From: Sphingomonadales bacterium
GTDB taxonomy: Bacteria; Pseudomonadota; Alphaproteobacteria; Sphingomonadales; Sphingomonadaceae
Assembly: GCA_019750455.1 (NCBI GenBank)
Contig: JAIEOM010000031.1
Span: 2,810 to 66,809 of the forward strand
Length of the DNA stretch: 64,000 nucleotides
Reading direction: 5' to 3'
Position 1 is the stretch's first letter. Every line of letters begins with the position of its first letter. Of the stretch, positions 56,434 through 64,000 are shown piece by piece. Below the pieces are notes generated by a model. That model did no database searches, was not told where the DNA came from, and saw only the letters and a program-made list of their open reading frames with translations. Both the position numbers and the translations under genes were made by a program.

Positions 56434-56513
56434 GCGACCAGCGCCCGGTGGATAAGGCGATGACGAAATCCCATGCCCGGAAAGCTAGGGCAAACAGGGA
56501 CAAATCCCTAGCG

Positions 56514-56538
56514 GAATCGGACAGGCGATGTCCGATTC
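56514..56538 (-). terminator. hairpin downstream of the P450 gene (possible terminator)
   Basis: gaatcggaca-ggcga-tgtccgattc, perfect 10-bp stem 12 nt after the P450 stop; weak T-run. Confidence 0.4.
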
Positions 56539-56549
56539 TGCCTGCCTTT

Positions 56550-57842
56550 TCAGGCCGGCGTTACCTTCAGCGGCAAGGTCTTCAATCCGCCCACGAAAGT
56601 GCTGCTGGCCCGCGCCGCGGTGCCCGCCGGCTCCACGGCGGCCACGCGGTCGAGGATCGCTTCGAACAGGATCTTCATCTCCAGCCGCGCCAGATGCAGG
56701 CCGAGGCACTGGTGCGCTCCGGCCCCGAACGCGAGGTGGCGGTTGGGGCTTCGCGCCGCATCGAACCGGCGGGGCTCTGCGAATTGCGCGGGATCGTGGT
56801 TGGCCGCGACATAGTTGATCATCAGCCAGTCGCCCGCCTTGATCTGCTGCCCGCCGATCTCGCAATCCTCGGCGGCGGTGCGCATGAAGTGCTGCACGGG
56901 AGAGGTCCAGCGGATCGCCTCCTCGACAATGCCGGGGAGCAGCGAGCGGTCGGCGCGGACGCGGGCATATTGTTCCGGATCGCGGGCGAGCGCCTGCATC
57001 GCGCCTGCCGTGCTGGCGCTGGTGGTGTCGTGCCCGGCGGTGGCGACGATGATGTAATAGCCTGCCATGTCGCGCGGCGGGAGCGGCTGGCCATCCACCG
57101 TGGCATTGGCGATGACGCTCGCGACATCATCGGTCGGGTTGCGGCGGCGATCTTCGGCCAGCGCGGCGAAATAGTCCTCGAAAGTCTTCACCGCTCCGGC
57201 GACGATCTGCACCACCTGTTCGGGCGTCATCTGGTCCATGCCGCTGCCCGACAGATCCTTGTCCTGCCCGCCGAACAGCTGCTGGGTGAGCATCTGCATC
57301 CGGAACTCGTCCTCGGGCGGCACGCCGAGAATCTGCATCACCACGCGCAAGGGATAGGGGCCGGAGACTTCCTTGACGAAATCGACCTCGGGGCCCTGTT
57401 CCAGCATCCGGTCGACCGTGCGGGCGGCGAGCGCGCGCAGTTCATCCTCCAGCTTGCCGAGGTTGCGCGGCATGAACCATTCCTGCGTCAGCTTGCGATA
57501 CTTCGGATGGATCGGCGCGTCGAAAACCACCAGCGAATCGACCAGCATGTTCGATCCCGTCGCCGCACGGCTGAATTCGATCGCCTGGTTGAAGCTGAAC
57601 ACCACTGGGCGCGGGTTGTTGAGGAAGGCGGCGTTGTCCTTCGAAATCCGCATCACGTCGTCATAACGGGTGACGAGCCAGAAGGGCTCGAACAGCCCCG
57701 GCGTGTCGGGCTGGACCTTGGCCACCGGCGTTTCGGCGCGGATCGCGTCGAAGGTGTCGAGCAGCCCGTCCCACTGGGCATAGGCGTGCGGATCGATCAC
57801 CCGGCGGGCAATATCGCCGGGCAGCACCGCCTCGCCGCTCAT
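56550..57842 (-). CDS. cytochrome P450
   Basis: FGAGAHQCLGLHLARLE heme-thiolate motif; AGHDTT I-helix; EEAIRW. Confidence 0.92.
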   Translation of the reverse strand: MSGEAVLPGDIARRVIDPHAYAQWDGLLDTFDAIRAETPVAKVQPDTPGLFEPFWLVTRYDDVMRISKDNAAFLNNPRPVVFSFNQAIEFSRAATGSNMLVDSLVVFDAPIHPKYRKLTQEWFMPRNLGKLEDELRALAARTVDRMLEQGPEVDFVKEVSGPYPLRVVMQILGVPPEDEFRMQMLTQQLFGGQDKDLSGSGMDQMTPEQVVQIVAGAVKTFEDYFAALAEDRRRNPTDDVASVIANATVDGQPLPPRDMAGYYIIVATAGHDTTSASTAGAMQALARDPEQYARVRADRSLLPGIVEEAIRWTSPVQHFMRTAAEDCEIGGQQIKAGDWLMINYVAANHDPAQFAEPRRFDAARSPNRHLAFGAGAHQCLGLHLARLEMKILFEAILDRVAAVEPAGTAARASSTFVGGLKTLPLKVTPA

Positions 57843-59392
57843 GCCGCAGCAGCCTTCGCCGCATATTCATCCCGCAGCTCGCGCTTGTAGAGCTTGCCGT
57901 TGGCCTCGCGCGGCAGATCGGGGCGGAAATCGAACAGCTTGGGCATCTTCACCTTGGAGAGGCTCGGCGCGAGGAATTCGCGCAGCTCTGCCTCCAGCTC
58001 CGCGCCCCCGTCCTTCAGGGCATCCGCCATGTCGCGCGGCTGCACCACGGCGATGACCTTCTCCCCCAGATCGGGGCAGGGCGCGCCAATTACCGCCGCG
58101 TCCATCACCTTGGGGTGGGTGACAAGCAGGTTCTCGATCTCCTGCGGGTAGATGTTCACGCCCCCGCTGATGATCATGTGGCTCTTGCGGTCGGTCAGGA
58201 ACAGAAAGCCGTCCTTGTCGAGATGGCCGATGTCGCCCAGCGTCATCCAGCCCTTGGGATGCATGGCCTCGCGGGTCTTGTCGGGATCGTTGTGATAGGT
58301 GGGCAGGTTGACGTTCTCGAAGAAGATCAACCCGTCCTGATCGGGGCCAAGCTCCTCGCCGTCCGGACCGCAGACATGGACCTTGCCATGCACCGCCACG
58401 CCGACCGTGCCGGGCTTCATCAGCCAGTGTTCCGATTTCACCAGCGTCATCCCGATCATCTCGGAACCGGCGTAGTATTCATTCACGATCGGACCCCACC
58501 AGTCGATCATCTCGCGCTTTATCGGCACCGGACAGGGCGCGGCGGCGTGGATCGCGCGCTTGTGGCTGGACAGGTCGTATTTGGTGCGCACCGCGGGGTC
58601 GAGGCGCAGGAACCGCACGAAGTGGGTCGGCACCCACTGGCTGTCGGTGACCTTGTAGGTCTCGATCGCCTTCAAGGCCTCTTCGGGGTCGAACTTCTCC
58701 ATCATCACCACCGTCCCGCCGAGCCGGTGGACGACCGAACACCAGCCGATCGGCGCGGCGTGATAAAGCGGCGCGGGGGAGAGATAGACCATGCTGCCAT
58801 CGGCGGGCATGCCCATCCCCATCGTCGCGAGGCCGAGCAGCGGGACCGGCGCGGCGGGATCGGGATCTTCGGGCGGCGCAGGGCGGATGCCCTTGGGGCG
58901 GCCGGTGGTGCCCGATGAATAGAGCATCAGCATCCCGGCGCTTTGGTCCGGGATCGGCGTTGGGGGCTGGGCGGCGAGGGCGGCGGCAAAATCTTCAGCG
59001 TCCCCGCTGTCCATCACCAGCACTTGCAGCCCCGGACACTCGGCACGGATATCGCCGAGGATGCCGCTGAAATAGCCGCTGGTAATCAGCAGCTTCGCCT
59101 GTGCGTCGCGGATGATGTAGGCGGCCTCGGGCGCGGTCAGGCGCGAGGAGATCGGCACCAGCATCGTGCCTGCGCGCTGGGACCCCCAGATCAGGGTGAA
59201 ATATTCGATGCGGTTTTCCAGCAGCACCGCGAAGGCATCGCCCGCGCCGATGCCGTGGGCGCGCAGCAGATGGGCGAAGCGGTTCGATTCCGCCTCCATT
59301 GCGCCATAGGTGATCTGCTTGCCGGATCCGGTCATGATCACGGCCGGATGATCCGGGCGGGCCGCGGCGTGCGCGATCGGGTGCATCGACAT
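57839..59392 (-). CDS. AMP-dependent acyl-CoA synthetase/ligase
   Basis: LYSSGTTGRPKG AMP-binding motif; GDIGHLDKDGFLFLTDRK; 4-nt overlap with P450 start. Confidence 0.9.
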   Translation of the reverse strand: MSMHPIAHAAARPDHPAVIMTGSGKQITYGAMEAESNRFAHLLRAHGIGAGDAFAVLLENRIEYFTLIWGSQRAGTMLVPISSRLTAPEAAYIIRDAQAKLLITSGYFSGILGDIRAECPGLQVLVMDSGDAEDFAAALAAQPPTPIPDQSAGMLMLYSSGTTGRPKGIRPAPPEDPDPAAPVPLLGLATMGMGMPADGSMVYLSPAPLYHAAPIGWCSVVHRLGGTVVMMEKFDPEEALKAIETYKVTDSQWVPTHFVRFLRLDPAVRTKYDLSSHKRAIHAAAPCPVPIKREMIDWWGPIVNEYYAGSEMIGMTLVKSEHWLMKPGTVGVAVHGKVHVCGPDGEELGPDQDGLIFFENVNLPTYHNDPDKTREAMHPKGWMTLGDIGHLDKDGFLFLTDRKSHMIISGGVNIYPQEIENLLVTHPKVMDAAVIGAPCPDLGEKVIAVVQPRDMADALKDGGAELEAELREFLAPSLSKVKMPKLFDFRPDLPREANGKLYKRELRDEYAAKAAAA

Positions 59393-59532
59393 TTCCTCTC
59401 TCCCATCGGCAGCGCCTGAACGAGACGCGCCGGCGTTCTTCTCTCCGAAGAAAATCTAGCGGGAGCGGGAACGCCCGCAAGGGAAAAGAGTATCTGAAGT
59501 GCTACCGAAAATGCGCCTTCGGTCAGCGGACA

Positions 59533-59562
59533 AGAAAAAAGGCGGCGGGATAACCCGCCGCC
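59533..59562 (-). terminator. intrinsic terminator downstream of the M23 peptidase gene
   Basis: ggcggcggg-ataa-cccgccgcc; on the minus strand followed by TTTTTT. Confidence 0.8.
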
Positions 59563-59633
59563 CATGTTCGGACACCCTCTCCAATGTCCGGCCCGTTTAC
59601 ACGGGCAATCTCGTGAAGCTTACTCGCTGCCCG

Positions 59634-60380
59634 TTATTCGCCACCTTGGCCGGTCAGGCGAGCATCGCGGGCGTAGGCCAGCTGTGCTTCGCTCTCCACC
59701 ATATACGGAATCGGATTGACTGCAAGCCCATCCACGCGGACTTCGTAATGAAGGTGCGGGCCGGTCGAACGGCCGGTCGAACCGACGTAGCCGATCAGGT
59801 CGCCCTTCTTCACGTTGTCACCCGCGGCAACCGCGAGGCGCGAGAGGTGGGCGTAGCGCGTTTCCATCGAAGCGCCGTGGTTGATGCTGATGTAGAGCCC
59901 GTAGCTCGAATACCAGTCCGCCCGGCCGACGATGCCATCGGCGGTGGCGTAAACCGGAGTGCCGGTCGGCGCGGCGAGATCGATCCCGGCGTGCTGGCGG
60001 CGGCCGCCGAGCACCGGGTGGGTGCGCATCCCGAAACCGCTGGTCAGCGACGCGCCTTCGAGCGGCATGCGCGAGGGCACCGAGATGCCGCGGGTGGGGA
60101 CAGGCGAAGAATAGGCGGGGGCGGCTTCGACAGCGCCGACGCTCGGCGTGGTGCGCTCGATGGCGGTCCAGCTGGCGAACAGCGACTTGAAGCGGGTGTC
60201 GCCGTTTTCGACCACGGTGCCTTCCGCATCACGCAGCGGCTGGACAACGTCCGCGCTGGTGGTGGTCGTGGTGGCAGCGGAATTGGCGGTGTTGGCGAGG
60301 GCCGGCGCGGCGGCGGAAACCAGAATCGCGGAGCAGGCGGTTGCAGCCAGCTTCAGCAGTCGGCGGAAGGCAGAATTCAT
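59634..60380 (-). CDS. secreted M23 family metallopeptidase
   Basis: Signal peptide; HAGIDLAAPTGTPVYATADG ... GSTGRSTGPHLHYEV. Confidence 0.9.
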   Translation of the reverse strand: MNSAFRRLLKLAATACSAILVSAAAPALANTANSAATTTTTSADVVQPLRDAEGTVVENGDTRFKSLFASWTAIERTTPSVGAVEAAPAYSSPVPTRGISVPSRMPLEGASLTSGFGMRTHPVLGGRRQHAGIDLAAPTGTPVYATADGIVGRADWYSSYGLYISINHGASMETRYAHLSRLAVAAGDNVKKGDLIGYVGSTGRSTGPHLHYEVRVDGLAVNPIPYMVESEAQLAYARDARLTGQGGE

Positions 60381-60488
60381 ATTTAGACCCGGTCCCGATT
60401 GCGACCCGCCTTGTCTGGCGACCCGTAGGAATATTCCGGCACGTCTGATGCGCGCCTTTCGCTGGAGCTTGGTTATCCGGACGAGTCG

Positions 60489-61280
60489 TTAATGTGCAAT
60501 CGCCGCGTAGAAACCACGCGACAAACCGGCTGCAAGACGCGCCGAGTCGTTGAACGGTGCCTTAACCTGCCCTCGGAAATGACATTTTACGAGGTCTTGC
60601 CAGTAGGATTCGGGCTCCCGCTGCGCCGTTTCGGCACACCGCAAAAAGTGCTTGGTGCCAGCGGCGACATGGCGGATTTCGTCGTCAAGTATCCTTGCGA
60701 GAATTCTTGCGCCGTTCGCGTCGCCTGCTGCTCGCACCCGCTCCAGGGTGGCCGGCGTGACGTCTAGCCCGCGCGCTTCCAGCACCATCGGCACCACCGC
60801 CAGCCGCGCGGCGACATCGTGACGGGTGGCGTGGGCGGCTTCCCACAATCCGGCATGGGCAGGCAGCGCGCCGTAATGGCTGCCGAGGCTCTGGAGCTTT
60901 CTCGCCAGCAGGGCGAAGTGCATCGCCTCGTCCGCGGCGACGGCGAGGAAATCGCTGACGAAATCCTCGCCCATCTCTCCGCCGAATCGCCCGGCCATGT
61001 CGAGCGCGAGGTCGATGGCGACGAATTCGATGTGGGCGAGCGAATGCCACAGCGCGATTCGTCCGCGCTCGCTGCCGCCTTTCCCGCGCTTGGGCATCTG
61101 ATTCGGCGCGAGCAGTTCGGGCGAATCCGGCCACGCGGGCTGGTCGGGCATCGCCACGTCGAATTCCCACGCCAGCGCCCCGCGCCGCCAGCTGCGCGCC
61201 ACTTCGCGGGTGGCAAAGCACTTGGCACGCGGGTCTGCGGTAAGCAGAGCCGCGCGGATGGCGCGGGCGACGGTGGTCAC
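60489..61280 (-). CDS. ferritin-like DUF455 family protein
   Basis: GTG start; ALWHSLAHIEFVAIDLALD ... DEAMHF ... DEIRHV di-iron-like E/H motifs. Confidence 0.55.
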   Translation of the reverse strand: MTTVARAIRAALLTADPRAKCFATREVARSWRRGALAWEFDVAMPDQPAWPDSPELLAPNQMPKRGKGGSERGRIALWHSLAHIEFVAIDLALDMAGRFGGEMGEDFVSDFLAVAADEAMHFALLARKLQSLGSHYGALPAHAGLWEAAHATRHDVAARLAVVPMVLEARGLDVTPATLERVRAAGDANGARILARILDDEIRHVAAGTKHFLRCAETAQREPESYWQDLVKCHFRGQVKAPFNDSARLAAGLSRGFYAAIAH

Positions 61281-61284
61281 GGGA

Positions 61285-61758
61285 TTAAAGCGCCTTGGCC
61301 GCCGCCAGCACTTCCTCGGCGTGGCCGGCGACCTTCACCTTGTCCCAGATGCGCGTGATCTTGCCGTCGGTGCCGACCAGATAGGTGGCGCGCACCATGC
61401 CCATGTAGGTCTTGCCGTACATCTGCTTTTCCGCCCAGACGCCGAGCGCGTCGGACAGGCCGCCCTCTTCCGCGTCAGTCGCCAGCGGCGCGGTGAGGCC
61501 GTGCTTGGCGATGAACTTGGCGTGCTTCTTGGCCGGGTCCTTGGAGACGCCGAGCAGCTTGGTGCCCGCCGCCTCGAACTGGTCCTTCAGCGCGGAGAAA
61601 TCCTTGTTTTCGGTGGTGCAGCCCGGGGTGTCGTCCTTGGGGTAGAAGAAGATCACCAGCTTGGAACCGGCGAAGTCGGACGGCTTCACGCTGCCGCCTT
61701 CGGGGGTTTCCATGGCGATATCGGGGATGGCGTCGCCGACGCCGGGGAAAGTGGTCAT
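61285..61758 (-). CDS. bcp: peroxiredoxin Bcp (thiol peroxidase)
   Basis: Internal ATG 61758; FFYPKDDTPGCTTE; ATGA overlap with glnE stop. Confidence 0.9.
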   Translation of the reverse strand: MTTFPGVGDAIPDIAMETPEGGSVKPSDFAGSKLVIFFYPKDDTPGCTTENKDFSALKDQFEAAGTKLLGVSKDPAKKHAKFIAKHGLTAPLATDAEEGGLSDALGVWAEKQMYGKTYMGMVRATYLVGTDGKITRIWDKVKVAGHAEEVLAAAKAL

Positions 61759-64000
61759 GCGGGGTTCTCCTGTTCGGTTTCGAGAATGTCTGTCCCGAAG
61801 ATTTGTTTCCACACGCCGGCAACCCTGAGCCGCGCGGCGGCGAAGGCCTGCCCAAGCGCGTCGTAGGAATCGAAGCCGCAGGCCCGCGCCAATGCCCTTG
61901 CGCCACTCGGCGGGGGTTCGCGCCCGTCCGGAGCGAGCAGGCGTCCGGCGACCAGCATACGGCTCATCAGGGCGTGGGGCCCGGCCAGATCTTCAGGCAC
62001 CAGTCCTGCCGCCGCCAGCCCTACGAGTGCCTGTTCAAGATCAGGGGAAAGCGCGTCCGGCGCGGCTTCGGCGAGTGGGCGGCCATCGGCGGTCTCGCCT
62101 CGCAGCTGGAGGTAGTGCACCAGAAACTCGATATCGACGAGGCCCCCGCGCGCCAGCTTGGCATCGACCGGACCGGCCTGTGGTTTGTGCTTCGCCATCT
62201 CGGCCCGCATCCCCAGCACCGCCTCGCGCAGCGCCGCCTTGTCGCGGCGGGCATGGAGCACCTCGGCGAGCACGGCTTCCAGTTCGGCGCGGGCTTCGGG
62301 CGATCCATGGAGCACCCGCGCGCGGGCCAGCGCCATATGCTCCCACGTCCACGCCGCCTCGCGCTGGTACTTGCCGAAAGCCTCGCAGGATACCGCCAGC
62401 GGCCCCTGATTGCCCTGCGGCCTGAGGCGCGTGTCCACCTCGTAGAGCGCCCCCTGCGCGGTCGGCACCGACAGCGCGGCGCTGACCCGGCTGGCGAGGC
62501 GGTTGTAGTAGATCGTCCCGCCCAGCGGCCGCGCGCCATCCGATTGCGCGGCGAAATCGCCGGTGAACAGGTAGACGATATCGAGATCGCTGGCATGGGT
62601 CAGCGCCCCGCCGCCCAGCCGCCCGAGACCGAGGATCAGCAACTCGCTCCCCGCGATGCGCCCGTGCTTGGCGGCGAATTCCGCCACCGTCGCCTCGGTC
62701 GCCAGTGCGAGCGCGGCTTCCGCCGTGCGTGACAGGGCACGGGCGATGGCGAGCGGATCGGCCAGCCCCTCGATCAGCTGAATGCCGAGCGCGAAGCGGA
62801 TTTCGCCGGTGACGATGCGGATCGCATCGAGCAGCGCCTCGTAATCCTCGCGCGCCGCCGCCCCGCGCATCCGCGCCATGATCGCGGGGATATCGCCCGG
62901 CAGATCGAGCGCGTCCTTGTCGACCAGCGTGTCGAGCAGTTCGGGCTTGCGCGCCAGCTCGTCCGACAGCACCGGCGCGAGGGTGAGCGCGGCGACCAGC
63001 CGTTCGATCAGGTCGGGCCGCGCGTCGAGCAGGCGGAAGGTGGTGATCGCGCTGGGGACGCTCTCGATGATGCGTTCCCAGCGGGTGATCGCGCGCATCG
63101 GATCATCGCTCCGGGCGATCGCTTCCAGCAGGGCCGGAGCGAGCCGGTCCCACGCCTCCACCGCCTGGGGGGAGCGGATCGCTGCGTGCCGCCCGTCGCG
63201 CCAGGTCTCGATCCGTTCGGCGAGGGTGTCGGGTTCGGGAAAGCCCCATTGCCCCAGCTGGTGCACCATCGCGCTGACCGGCATGGCGACAGGGGCGGGG
63301 GCCGGATCGGACTGGCCGATCAGTTCTTCATAGATGCGGCCCGTGCGCTCGGTCAGTTCGGTGAGTTCGGCGACCAGCGCCGCGCCATCCGCCAGCCCGT
63401 CAAGCCGGGCGACATTGTCGAGCGCCTCGCCTTCGGGCAGTGCGTGGGTCTGGCGGTCGGCCACCATCTGCAGGCGGTGTTCGATCTGCCGCAGCCGGTC
63501 ATAGGCCTCGCCGAGGACCAGCGCGTTGTCCGCCGTGATCCACCCCGCCGCCGCCAGCGCATCGAGCGCGTGCCGCGTGCCGCGCACCCTGAGCGATGCA
63601 TCGCGCCCGCCGTGGATCAGCTGGTGGGTCTGGGCGTAGAATTCGATCTCGCGGATGCCACCGCGCCCGCGTTTCACATCGAAGCCGGGGCCGGGGGCGG
63701 GCGGGCCTTCGTGGCTGTGGCGGATGCGCTGGGTGAGCGCGCGGATTTCCTCGATGGCGCCGAAATCGAGCTGGCCGCGCCACACGAAGGGGCGGATCGC
63801 CGCGAGGAAATCCTCGCCTGCCGCGATGTCTCCGGCGGCGGCGCGCGCGCGGGTGAAGGCGGCACGTTCCCACGCCAGCGCCTGCCCCTGATAATGGGTC
63901 ATTGCCGACCCGACCGGCACCGCGAGCGGGCTGACCTCGCTCGCCGGGCGCAGGCGCAGGTCGACACGCAGGGCATATCCCTCCGCCGTGTTCGAGGCGA
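61755..64000 (-). CDS. glnE: bifunctional glutamine synthetase adenylyltransferase/adenylyl-removing enzyme, C-terminal ~748 codons; 5' end beyond window
   Basis: ORF 61755..63920(-) stays open upstream to the window edge (no stop in frame 63921..64000); duplicated nucleotidyltransferase architecture (GGIREIEF, LGRLGGGALTHASDLD). Confidence 0.88.
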   Translation of the reverse strand, partial: ASNTAEGYALRVDLRLRPASEVSPLAVPVGSAMTHYQGQALAWERAAFTRARAAAGDIAAGEDFLAAIRPFVWRGQLDFGAIEEIRALTQRIRHSHEGPPAPGPGFDVKRGRGGIREIEFYAQTHQLIHGGRDASLRVRGTRHALDALAAAGWITADNALVLGEAYDRLRQIEHRLQMVADRQTHALPEGEALDNVARLDGLADGAALVAELTELTERTGRIYEELIGQSDPAPAPVAMPVSAMVHQLGQWGFPEPDTLAERIETWRDGRHAAIRSPQAVEAWDRLAPALLEAIARSDDPMRAITRWERIIESVPSAITTFRLLDARPDLIERLVAALTLAPVLSDELARKPELLDTLVDKDALDLPGDIPAIMARMRGAAAREDYEALLDAIRIVTGEIRFALGIQLIEGLADPLAIARALSRTAEAALALATEATVAEFAAKHGRIAGSELLILGLGRLGGGALTHASDLDIVYLFTGDFAAQSDGARPLGGTIYYNRLASRVSAALSVPTAQGALYEVDTRLRPQGNQGPLAVSCEAFGKYQREAAWTWEHMALARARVLHGSPEARAELEAVLAEVLHARRDKAALREAVLGMRAEMAKHKPQAGPVDAKLARGGLVDIEFLVHYLQLRGETADGRPLAEAAPDALSPDLEQALVGLAAAGLVPEDLAGPHALMSRMLVAGRLLAPDGREPPPSGARALARACGFDSYDALGQAFAAARLRVAGVWKQIFGTDILETEQENPA

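Noticed and set aside
56447-56455. 8/9 DnaA-box match GGTGGATAA upstream of the yqiJ-like gene
   Set aside because: It is a single isolated site with no AT-rich region and no origin-type synteny. This is expected by chance at the 8/9 level in 64 kb.
1-64000. A search for mobile elements, CRISPR arrays, defence systems, prophage genes and rRNA/tRNA genes across the window
   Set aside because: I recognised no transposase, integrase or recombinase motifs, no regularly spaced repeat array, no restriction, abortive-infection or toxin signature proteins, and no rRNA or tRNA sequences. The window looks like conserved core chromosome.

Overview
High-GC, gene-dense chromosomal segment with alphaproteobacterial gene order; a Sphingomonadales/Erythrobacteraceae origin is my inference from synteny and protein sequences, not a database result. 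I call about 70 protein-coding genes, and nearly all are conserved housekeeping functions. I recognised no rRNA, tRNA, CRISPR array, transposase, integrase, phage gene or defence-island gene. The window appears to span the chromosomal origin region. The block parB-parA-rsmG-mnmG-mnmE ... rho-hemJ-hemE lies on the minus strand (14.9-26.1 kb). A 316-bp AT-rich spacer follows (26100..26415, candidate oriC). A plus-strand operon then starts with a PpsR-like kinase gene and continues maf-aroE-coaE-dnaQ, the same context as the Caulobacter origin. The most striking direct signal is a set of eight parS (ParB-binding) palindromes. Seven are perfect TGTTTCACGTGAAACA sites, and six of those are identical over 20 bp. 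Five of the eight lie inside ORFs, and one sits about 25 kb on the other side of the putative origin. Other observations worth a second look:
- an in-frame ThiS-ThiG fusion;
- a PopZ-like DUF2497 gene;
- a small hypothetical + ribbon-helix-helix cassette ending in a parS;
- four convergent gene pairs whose stop codons overlap in a 4-nt palindrome;
- two REP/MITE-like inverted-repeat elements;
- a 17-bp duplication of the rpsI 3' end;
- a short BLUF photoreceptor gene next to rho.
I found no convincing evidence for a previously undescribed multi-gene system. The findings are mainly cis-element architecture around the origin and a few poorly characterised small genes. The many long Arg/Ala/Gly-rich ORFs antisense to real genes are treated as high-GC shadow ORFs.
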